Source: an uncultured Bacteroidales bacterium
GTDB taxonomy: Bacteria > Bacteroidota > Bacteroidia > Bacteroidales > UBA10428
Direction of reading: 5' to 3'
NCBI GenBank assembly: GCA_963800645.1
Contig: CAWDBX010000003.1
Span: 4,178 to 68,177, forward strand
DNA length: 64,000 bases
The notes under the pieces were generated by a model. It was not told the origin of the DNA. It did not search any database and saw only the letters and a program-made list of their open reading frames with translations. Shown piece by piece: positions 56,614 to 64,000 of this stretch. Each line of letters begins with the position of its first letter. The stretch's first letter is position 1. A program made the translations under genes and the position numbers.

Positions 56614-56900
56614 GGAGGAATTGGATCATCTGCTTTCTACAGACCGAGTTTCTTTCGCCTGGCCTACTTTTCAGCTTTTGCCTATTTCTGATCTGTAGCG
56701 TACTCTTTGTCATGCCAGGAAAACCATTCTTTTAAGGAAGGTAAGGTGATATCACAATTTTCAATTATTAATTTCCCCAGGATTCTCCCCTACCGATCAG
56801 GTCCATGGCTTTTTAAATCCCGAGAACAACCACCAACGGCACCTTTCCTGGTAATCCATTTTATGAAAGTCATTGGTATGGTTTTTAGTTTTTTTGCGCG

Positions 56901-56966
56901 ACAAAACGTCCGTGGGTATAGCCTGTCCCGACAAGTCGGGACAGGTTATACAACCGGGCGTTGTGT
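56901..56966 (-). other. attC-like imperfect palindrome (66 bp), 11 nt downstream of the stop codon of ORF 56978..57637
   Basis: The plus strand acaaAAC-gtcc-GTGGGTATAGCCTGTCCCGAC-aa-GTCGGGACAGGTTATACAACCGGGC-GTTgtgt is palindromic over almost its whole length. Confidence 0.55.
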
Positions 56967-56977
56967 GTGGTTCAAAA

Positions 56978-57637
56978 TCATTTTCCAAAATATTGTCCAA
57001 GTAAAAACGCGCCACTTATCATTCCTGTTAGGGCAACAAGAATTGCCCAAAATTGAGATGGTTTTAAACCTTTAACAAGTTCTCCAATAGTTAATGTAGA
57101 AGGATCGATATTTTTAGCATTCAATGCGGCAATTTGTTTATTGTATTGATAGTCTTCAACTTTTTTCTTCCAACTAGAAAGAACACCATTAAATTCAGGA
57201 GTATATAAAGAAGAATTATCTAGCTTGACCCTTAATATATACCAATCATGACCTTGTTCAATTAATCCCTCATTTTTTAATCCTTCTTCAATGATAAGCA
57301 TTATGGGCAGTCCTTTAGAATATGCCATTGCTGCCTCAATTTGATTCCAAGGCGTAGGAAACTTTACATCGCTTAATGTGGATTCCAGAGCGCCTCCTCT
57401 TTTTTCTATCCCCGTTGGAAAATATGTTCTTTCCAAGGCAATTATAATGGTGCCTGAACACCCATCCAGCAACTCTACAATAGTCTTAAGAGGTGAGTCA
57501 CAACTAAACTTGTTTCGACCTACTGTGTTGGGTATTAAATTTTCGCTTTTTAATCTTAATTCGATAGCACTTACAAAGGACTCTTGCTTTTCATTTGCTG
57601 TACCTCCAACACTAATAAATATATTATGTTCTTTCAT
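56978..57637 (-). CDS. TIR-like / nucleoside 2-deoxyribosyltransferase-like Rossmannoid domain protein with a C-terminal TM anchor (family call tentative)
   Basis: From the ATG at 57637: IFISVGG, GTIIIALERTY, TPWNQIEAAMAYSKGLPIMLIIEEG, and the C-terminal helix FWAILVALTGMISGAFLLGQYF. The ORF-track start at 57724 is a TTG. Confidence 0.5.
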   Translation of the reverse strand: MKEHNIFISVGGTANEKQESFVSAIELRLKSENLIPNTVGRNKFSCDSPLKTIVELLDGCSGTIIIALERTYFPTGIEKRGGALESTLSDVKFPTPWNQIEAAMAYSKGLPIMLIIEEGLKNEGLIEQGHDWYILRVKLDNSSLYTPEFNGVLSSWKKKVEDYQYNKQIAALNAKNIDPSTLTIGELVKGLKPSQFWAILVALTGMISGAFLLGQYFGK

Positions 57638-57859
57638 ATTAGGATTATATAAGGGTTCTCTATAACAAAGTAAATTTTTAATCTTTTCTCTATTGTTTTG
57701 TGAATGATCTAATTCCAAGAGCAATTCTAATAATCGACAAATACTAATTTTAATAAACTGTTGAAAAGCATTTAATCAAATCTATCATTTCTATCCATAT
57801 TTGCTTAAGTAAAAATTATGCTAGTTAGATGAGTTAGTATCTTGGATGTAATCAATCAC

Positions 57860-58120
57860 ATACAACACGCTCCTAGAATCGGGTCTTCCGCTTCTATGCA
57901 TCCAAACTTGGGGGCATAAAAGCAGTTATTCTGGTTTTTACTGACTGTTGTTTTTCTCACTGGGTAAAGCTGGACTCGTACTCGAAAAATAGTCTAATTC
58001 TCAAAGAATTCCAAATATTTGAAGTGTCTGAGTTATCTAATTGTATTTTAGTATTCAGCAAGGTAGTGCGACCTGAGCAACTTGAAGCAAAAGGCAGTTG
58101 GCGTATACACGCTGTTGTGA
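57860..58120 (-). repeat. conserved non-coding element R, copy B, joined to a half attC-like arm (58098-58120)
   Basis: The same consensus as copy A up to gaagcaaaaggcag, then ttggcgtATACACGCTGTTgtga, which matches the right arm of the 55578-55703 site. Confidence 0.85.
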
Positions 58121-58268
58121 ATGATTTTTGAATCAACCAGATGAACCTCGATAATAAGCACAGTCATAATTCAAAGCTAGCCATGCTGGGGTTAGTTGGA
58201 CACACTGCTGAGCGTAAATGTCAGGCAATATTAAATGAGCAATCTTATCCATGTCGGGATACAATGCG

Positions 58269-59363
58269 TCAATTATTCCTGGCAAGTTCACGTACAATTG
58301 AATTAAACTTTTCAACTTCTTCCATATTTGGACTGTGCGCAGATTGTTCAAAGATAAAGAACTCCTTTGCAGGTGCTTTCAATTGGTTAAAAAAATCTTT
58401 AGCAACTGGATAAGGTGTCTGGTAATCATATAAACCCTGAAGAATATAAACAGGAACCTGCATGCTATCAATTTCACTGAAAAGATTAGTATTGATTACC
58501 TCTGGCCATAAGTACTTGACTGAAAATTCACTGCCTTTCAAGTAGTCGATTTTTTCCTTCATTGTATATTCATGAGTAAGAAAAATCATTTTAACCAAGG
58601 GCAATATTCCCTTCATTTCATGAGTTGCGCCACCACCAAACTTCATAACGTAATTTCTCTCAATAGCAAGGAATTCATCCCAGTCAGCGTTGCTCGCAAG
58701 TGAATCCGGGAAATTCAGATTAGCCAATTCATTCATGGCCTTTTCATCATGATGTAATTGAGCCTGGTCTTTAGCCCATTCAAATGAAACAAGTTCTCCC
58801 TTATATTGATGTGCTATTTGGCCAATACCAAAATAGGCATGAAAAAGTTCAGGGTATTTATTAGCTGTTAAAATCGCAAGTAGAGACCCCCAAGAATGCC
58901 CCATGATGTAAATCTTGTCTTTTTTGAATCGCTTGATAAGGTATCGGCTAAGTTCACCCGCATCTTTAATAAATTGATTCAAATTCATTGACTCAGATGG
59001 CACATTAGAATGATAGGATTTTCCTGCTCCCCTTTGTTCCCAGTAAACCATTACGAAGTCGTTTTCAATTAATCGGTTTGTTTCTTTCATCATTCCAATT
59101 TCAGGCCCCCCCGGACCCCCATGAACAAACAACATTACTGGTTTAGTTGTATCAGCACCTCGAATGAATACATACTGTTTCAAGCCTCCAATTCGAACTG
59201 TATCGATAACTGAAATGCTGTTTGGGATTGTCTCACCGTTCTTATTTGTTATTGGGTCTGCTTTCCCTGGGCTATTAATCCACCATACTGTTACTAAGCT
59301 CAAGATTAGGAAAAAGAATGCAGAGATTATGTAAAGAATCACCTTTAATACTTTTCTTTTCAT
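58269..59363 (-). CDS. alpha/beta hydrolase (proline-iminopeptidase-like) with an N-terminal anchor
   Basis: Intact 364 aa: LFVHGGPGGP (oxyanion loop) and IMGHSWGS (nucleophile elbow). Confidence 0.8.
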   Translation of the reverse strand: MKRKVLKVILYIISAFFFLILSLVTVWWINSPGKADPITNKNGETIPNSISVIDTVRIGGLKQYVFIRGADTTKPVMLFVHGGPGGPEIGMMKETNRLIENDFVMVYWEQRGAGKSYHSNVPSESMNLNQFIKDAGELSRYLIKRFKKDKIYIMGHSWGSLLAILTANKYPELFHAYFGIGQIAHQYKGELVSFEWAKDQAQLHHDEKAMNELANLNFPDSLASNADWDEFLAIERNYVMKFGGGATHEMKGILPLVKMIFLTHEYTMKEKIDYLKGSEFSVKYLWPEVINTNLFSEIDSMQVPVYILQGLYDYQTPYPVAKDFFNQLKAPAKEFFIFEQSAHSPNMEEVEKFNSIVRELARNN

Positions 59364-59651
59364 GTAGGATAACTATTTCAATGTTTATTCAAACTTATTA
59401 CAAAATAGTCTTGTTTCCAATCCCAAGTCCAAATTAGCTGTGGAAATGGAAATTCTCCGCCATTAGAATTTGTCTGCGGGCTAGTTTCAATTTTTAGTTC
59501 TGATTACTTAATTTGTTACAAACTATAAGCGAACACAAACTTCTCCACCGGTTCAAAACTGTCCGCTGGCACCTTTTTGATTCCAGTTATTTTTTTGTCG
59601 AGTAAAATCTTGTCGGGTTCAATGTTATTGTCCATGAGCCAGCCCAATTAC

Positions 59652-59785
59652 CGCCAACGTTTGCGGGTATTTGGCGTTGCCTGGTTCAGGGCGCATACTT
59701 GTCCGGTTACACCAATGGAACTAAAAAGAACCGATACCCGAAAGAGCACTTCGCCGGCAATGACATATATCCGGTGTTGTAGGCA
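59652..59785 (-). other. attC-like site candidate (134 bp)
   Basis: The plus strand cgccAAC-gttt-GCGGGTATtt ... acATATATCCGGT-GTTgtag has the same arm layout as the other two sites, but with weaker L-box pairing. It lies 90 nt after the stop codon of ORF 59874..60311. Confidence 0.35.
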
Positions 59786-59873
59786 GTGTTTTTCTTTCTT
59801 TAGATTCTTCGTCTGTAATGCAGTTGCGTTAGCCCTGTGTTGTTGCTTTGTAGAGTTTTGTCAATATATTACT

Positions 59874-60311
59874 TCATTGAGTCAATTTGTTCTTTAATTC
59901 AACTGATAAGTTTTCATCTGTCAAAACCATTGTCGCATCTTGGCAATATTGCGTTTTTCCGAGATATTGTTCGTATCCCGATGTCTTAATTGTGGTAAAC
60001 TCTACCCACTCATTATTCTCTTGTGATAGAAATTCACCACATAAAATAAAAATCTTTTCGTTGTTTGGTGATGTTATGTAGCCAATTTTTACTTTACGGA
60101 AATCAATGGGTGCCGGTGGTTGATGATTACGAAAATCAGCAGCAGCCGAAGTAATTAAAAACTGAACAATGGTATCAGGTATGACTTCTTTTTCAGAAGT
60201 TGCTGTTGAACTGTCTTTGGTCTCTGTTTTATTGTTGCAACTCATGATTGCTGACATAAAAAATATGAAAGCAAATATTTTTAGCGTGTTTTTTAAAATT
60301 TGTGTGGTCAT
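59874..60311 (-). CDS. hypothetical lipoprotein
   Basis: Intact ORF with lipobox-like AIMSC after a hydrophobic signal. ATG at 60311 (the ORF-track start at 60323 is a TTG). Confidence 0.55.
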   Translation of the reverse strand: MTTQILKNTLKIFAFIFFMSAIMSCNNKTETKDSSTATSEKEVIPDTIVQFLITSAAADFRNHQPPAPIDFRKVKIGYITSPNNEKIFILCGEFLSQENNEWVEFTTIKTSGYEQYLGKTQYCQDATMVLTDENLSVELKNKLTQ

Positions 60312-60366
60312 TTTTTTATACAATTAATTCTTTTTTCCTGTCGTTTTGAGTGGTCTCTAGCATTGC

Positions 60367-60574
60367 CTGCAACACGCTCCTAGAAGCGGATCTTCCGCTT
60401 CTATGCATCCAAACTTGGGGGCATAAAAGCAGTTTTTCTTGTTTTTACTGACTGTTATTTTTCTCACTGGCAAAGCTGGACTCGTACTCGAAAAATAGTC
60501 TAATTCCCAAAGAATTCCAAATATTTGAAGTGTCTAAGTTTTCTAATAGTCTTTTAGTATTCAGTAAGGTAGTA
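60367..60574 (-). repeat. conserved non-coding element R, copy C
   Basis: The consensus as above. Its upstream edge touches the methyltransferase stop codon (60575-60577). In gene orientation it ends ..gagcgtGTTGCAG. Confidence 0.85.
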
Positions 60575-61414
60575 TTATTTTTGTGATACATAAAAAGTCA
60601 CATTTTCTCCATTCCAATAATCATCACTTTCTGGTAATACATTTTCGTAATTCCTAATATGGGTAAAACCCTTTGATTCAAGAATCCTGGTCAAATCATT
60701 TTTTTCATAATAATGACTCCAAAAAATGTATGAATCAACCGTATCATTATCTCCAACTACCGTGTGATGCTCCACAAGTACCTTGGCTTCCGGATAATGG
60801 TATCCGTTTGTCAGAACAATATAGGGTGTGTTTTTCCAAAATCCACTTTTTTGTACTTCCCAGGATGGTGACATAATTTTCTTATCCAGGTTTCTTTCGT
60901 TTACCACATCACAGATAAATAATCCATCTTTCTTTAATGCTTTATAAATGTTTTCTAGAACCTTATCCCTTTCATCCGGCACCAGGACACAAAAATCCAG
61001 ATAAATCAAGATGACCAGATCAAATTGATTTTCAAAGTCCAAATCCAAATAATCTTTATTGAGATACTCAATGTTTAGTTGATTTAGTTTTGCATGTTGG
61101 ATTGCGTATTGAATCGAATTTTCAGAAATGTCAACACCAATTACCGAATGTCCCTTTTTTGCAAGTAATTCTGCATAAAGTCCCGGCCCACAACCTAAAT
61201 CAAGAATTCTCATGTTAGGTTTATTGGCCCTTTCTACAATCCAATTTGAAATATTTTCAATTTTTGATTTACTTCTGCTTGCTACATCATGGTCCGGGTT
61301 CGTATGTAATGCTAATAATTGTTTCGATAGGTATGGGTCTGTCCACATAACCGATGAACCTTTTTCATACAATTCAGGCTTGTCCGATAGCTTTTTTATT
61401 AATTCAATATCCAT
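60575..61414 (-). CDS. class I SAM-dependent methyltransferase
   Basis: Intact 279 aa: ILDLGCGPGLYAELLAKKGHSVIGVDIS (motif I and post I) and LKKDGLFI. Confidence 0.85.
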   Translation of the reverse strand: MDIELIKKLSDKPELYEKGSSVMWTDPYLSKQLLALHTNPDHDVASRSKSKIENISNWIVERANKPNMRILDLGCGPGLYAELLAKKGHSVIGVDISENSIQYAIQHAKLNQLNIEYLNKDYLDLDFENQFDLVILIYLDFCVLVPDERDKVLENIYKALKKDGLFICDVVNERNLDKKIMSPSWEVQKSGFWKNTPYIVLTNGYHYPEAKVLVEHHTVVGDNDTVDSYIFWSHYYEKNDLTRILESKGFTHIRNYENVLPESDDYWNGENVTFYVSQK

Positions 61415-61612
61415 GGTATGGTTAGGTAATTGGTTTTCTATGCTGGCAGCAAAGACGGTGGCAATATTAAAAGTTGGGGGGTTCGGAGCGATTCGCTATT
61501 AAGATACACAGACCTTGATGCGAGCTACAACTCCTTGAATAATCTATTAAATCCCAATTTTTTATATTGCGTGTTAGCAACCGTGCTTTATTGATTTTTC
61601 CAGGCTTTTACT

Positions 61613-62266
61613 TTAATTGTATCGATCTAATTGTTTATTTTTTACCATTTTAACCGTTTCGATCGCAAGAGTAATTAAACTAATGAGAATCCAAACTGAC
61701 AATATCAAAGTTGCGAGTAGGCTGAAAGAGAAGTCAATATCAAACTGAAATTGTTGCTGTTGGAATTTCCATTCTTGATCTTCCTTTACCATTATTCCAG
61801 TTAAACGCAAAGGAATGACCAGAAATTTTGACAGATCAAATTTAACATAGCCTTTAGTCGAGAACCATGCAGTATTTCCCAATGATGAAATGTTTGCACT
61901 ATCAACTTCAAATTTGCAATCACCCCAAGATTCCCAATCTGTTTCTACTAATCTGGTTGCATTTTCATAGCCACTGTATATTTCATTAGGCATTGTCCCA
62001 AGAATCAGTATATTTTCTCTGGAATAAAGTGATTGCATAAAAGTGTCAATGTTCTTTGGATCACGTTTAGAATAACCATCCTGAAACTTTTGTAATTGAC
62101 AAATTATTTCCATTCTTGTACTATCAGGGGCATTGCCCTTAGAAAAAGTAGATTTTACCGGGAATAAAATTGTTTTCTCATCAGCCCTTTTAAATACCCT
62201 GGTTACAAGAAAAAGAACAAGGAGCAGCAATACTATTCTTAAAAAAATTCTAAGCATGACTTTCAT
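61613..62266 (-). CDS. membrane-anchored protein with a possible NTF2/SnoaL-like domain
   Basis: Intact 217 aa with N- and C-terminal TM helices. The central part (FQDGYSKRDPKNIDTFMQSLY...AWFSTKGYVKF...GIMVKEDQEWKF) resembles the NTF2-like fold pattern. Tentative. Confidence 0.45.
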   Translation of the reverse strand: MKVMLRIFLRIVLLLLVLFLVTRVFKRADEKTILFPVKSTFSKGNAPDSTRMEIICQLQKFQDGYSKRDPKNIDTFMQSLYSRENILILGTMPNEIYSGYENATRLVETDWESWGDCKFEVDSANISSLGNTAWFSTKGYVKFDLSKFLVIPLRLTGIMVKEDQEWKFQQQQFQFDIDFSFSLLATLILSVWILISLITLAIETVKMVKNKQLDRYN

Positions 62267-62310
62267 ATGATCATTTTATTTTACTGATAGCTGGCAAAGG
62301 GAACTATTTA

Positions 62311-62435
62311 GCATTGTTGCTGACAATCATAGAAGCGGGTCTTCCGCATCTATGCATCTAAACCTGGGCGCACAAAAACAGTTATTCTGGTGTTTACTGA
62401 CTGGCATTTTTCTCACTGGTAAAGCTGAAGCAGTA
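62311..62435 (-). repeat. conserved non-coding element R, copy D (shorter, more diverged)
   Basis: Matches the gene-proximal ~110 nt of copies A-C (catagaagcgggtcttccgcatctatgcatctaaacctgggcgcacaaaaacagttattctggtgtttactgactgg...ttctcactggtaaagctg). It abuts the stop codon at 62436. Confidence 0.75.
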
Positions 62436-62678
62436 CTATCGGGGTTCATTACTTTTGCCATCCTGCAGTTTTTCATTTATTTCATTTAATTTCTTTAATA
62501 TTTCCTTGTTTGAACTTCTATTTGCAGCACCCATTAGAATTATTTTAACAGAGACCAATAAAACCCCAGCTTCAAGCAATAAATCTTTTGTAAAACCAGT
62601 TGCAAAAAGTGCTATAATAAAAAGAATAAACGTTAATGCAATGGTAATCGCGTTGCCTAAGTCCATGTTTCTTATCAT
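62436..62678 (-). CDS. small two-TM hypothetical protein
   Basis: 80-aa ORF: AITIALTFILFIIALFATGF and LLEAGVLLVSVKIILMGA. Confidence 0.4.
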   Translation of the reverse strand: MIRNMDLGNAITIALTFILFIIALFATGFTKDLLLEAGVLLVSVKIILMGAANRSSNKEILKKLNEINEKLQDGKSNEPR

Positions 62679-62739
62679 TTAAGTAATTCTTATATTGTAC
62701 ACTAAAAAATAAATTTCTTTAAAAAATATGAGTTATTTA

Positions 62740-64000
62740 TTATGATGTTTTAAAAAATTTTCGCCTAATCCATTTCTCAAAACCTATAATGATCAGAATT
62801 GAGAAAGCGACACAAGCTGATAAGCCCCAGGCATCAAAATATAAAGGAGACGATTTAAATACCTGGTTCATAAAGGGAAGATAAACAAAGGAAACCTGAA
62901 CGAGTAATACTGTTGCTATTCCCAGGTATATCGAAGGATTGGAAAACAGTCCTATATTACTGGCGGAGTATTTTAAAGACCGGCATTCGATAAGATAAAA
63001 CACCTGGAATAAAACCATAGCAGTTACAGCCATTGTTTGTGCTTCCGAAAGAGCCAGTGCTGTATCCGTTCCCCTGGCAAGTTCAATATTGTATTCCCAA
63101 AGAAACAGGCCAATGGTTCCACCTGCCATTATAATGGATACCAATATGATCCGGAAAGTGACGAAGGGCGTAAATATCGATTTGCCGGGTATTCTTGGAG
63201 GGCGTTTCATGATATCAGGCTCCATTGATTCCATTGCCAGGGGAAGTGCAAGCGCAACAGCTGTGATAAGGTTAATCCATAAAACCTGAACCGGTAACAT
63301 TGGAAGGAGTACAATCCCATCTTTTGAAGGGAAAAACAACACCGCTAAAAATACGACCAACCCTAAACCTATACTGGTAGGCAAAAGAAATATAATGGAT
63401 TTTAAAAGGTTGTCGAATACTCTGCGTCCTTCTTCAACAGCGGCTTCAATACTCTCAAAGTTATCATTAACCAAAACCATGTCGGCAGCTTCCTTGGCCA
63501 CGGCAGTACCTGTAATACCCATTGCAACCCCTATATCTGCGCGCTTTAAAGCAGGTGCATCATTTACGCCATCGCCGGTCATGGCAACAACTTCTCCATG
63601 CGCCTGCAATGCCTAACAATATTCAGCTTGTCTTCGGGCGATACCCGTGCGATAATGTTTGTGTTTCTAATCGCTTCCGACAACTGTTCAGGACTCATCA
63701 GTTGAAGGTCTCTTCCCGTTAGAACCTGACCGGCATTTTTGAATCCAAGCTCAGTGGCTATAATCGAAGCAGTTGCAGGATGGTCACCCGTGATCATTTT
63801 TACGGTTATACCTGCATTATGACATGTCTCAATGGCCTTTTTAACTTCACTTCGCGGAGGGTCGCTCATGGCCTGAATTCCAATAAAATCGAAATGGCAA
63901 AGATCTTCATCGGTAATAAGGCCGGCATGTTCGCCAGGCAACCATTTGGAGGCTATCGCTAAAACCCTCATCCCGGTTTCAGCAAGTTGTATCACCTCAC
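62740..64000 (-). CDS. P-type cation-transporting ATPase (P2-type, Ca2+/Mg2+-like), C-terminal part; 5' end beyond the window, one frame break near 63600
   Basis: [39 protein letters not shown] (hinge motif), [14 protein letters not shown] and C-terminal TM helices, in fragments 63579..63995 and 62740..63609. Confidence 0.88.

Noticed and set aside
56707-57075. ORFs 56707..57075(+) and 56797..57015(-) as cassette genes.
   Set aside because: They overlap each other, the 66-bp palindrome and the 3' end of ORF 56978..57637. Their translations are low-complexity.
56376-58120. Folding the long R element itself as a canonical attC.
   Set aside because: The AAC and GTT cores at its two ends are inverted. 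But the adjacent bases (agcgtg next to AAC, gagcgt next to GTT in gene orientation) are direct rather than complementary, so no L-box stem forms. I therefore report it as an unexplained repeat, not as an attC.
59577-59897. ORF 59577..59897(+) in the spacer between the lipoprotein and hydrolase genes.
   Set aside because: It lies on the opposite strand to every other gene in the array and spans the attC-like candidate. It has a Cys/Phe-rich odd composition and no start context.
54845-62740. A classic tRNA-targeted genomic island, prophage or ICE with attL/attR.
   Set aside because: I looked for a second copy of the tRNA-Gln 3' end (ccaggttcgaatcctggtcggaca) near 62680-62740 and elsewhere in the block and saw none. 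No integrase, capsid, terminase or conjugation genes are present.

Overview
The window is a compositional mosaic, and many genes have broken reading frames. Protein family calls come from motif recognition only, since no searches were run. Where a gene is split, I joined the ORF-track fragments by eye to get its coordinates.

(1) 1 to ~2630 is G+C-rich DNA. It holds a frameshifted S41 C-terminal processing peptidase and only the 3' third of clpX. It ends at an abrupt composition break at ~2625-2640.

(2) ~2640-7500 is very AT-rich, about 30% G+C in sampled lines. It carries small minus-strand genes, including two SHOCT-plus-TM paralogues, and an unusual composite repeat at 5427-5535 and 7186-7487.

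(3) ~7500-54950 looks like a Bacteroidota core genome:
- Surface and sugar-related proteins: a T9SS-sorted CotH protein, a FISUMP lipoprotein, DUF1080 and a GH16-like protein.
- ATP synthase and lipid synthesis: atpDC separate from atpBEFHAG, and yceD-rpmF-plsX-fabH.
- Regulation: an ECF sigma operon, a ThiF-like E1, a hybrid histidine kinase, AsmA, a second kinase and rnpA.
- Housekeeping: ctp, hemD-DUF4271, mazG, dtd, PspC-PadR-PspC and tRNA-Gln(UUG).

(4) 54960-62735 is AT-rich and is the most interesting part. Eight unrelated minus-strand ORFs are separated by attC-like imperfect palindromes with AAC/GTT cores. Four copies of a conserved 125-260 bp non-coding element sit 5' of some of the ORFs. 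This is an integron-style cassette array next to the tRNA, with no integrase in view.

(5) 62740-64000 is the 3' part of a P-type cation ATPase gene.

Other oddities:
- A long hairpin built from heptamer repeats lies at 20877-21018.
- A CTTGAAT heptamer array lies at 35182-35296, upstream of the hybrid kinase.
- Frame breaks are frequent in essential genes. This points to indel errors rather than real gene decay.
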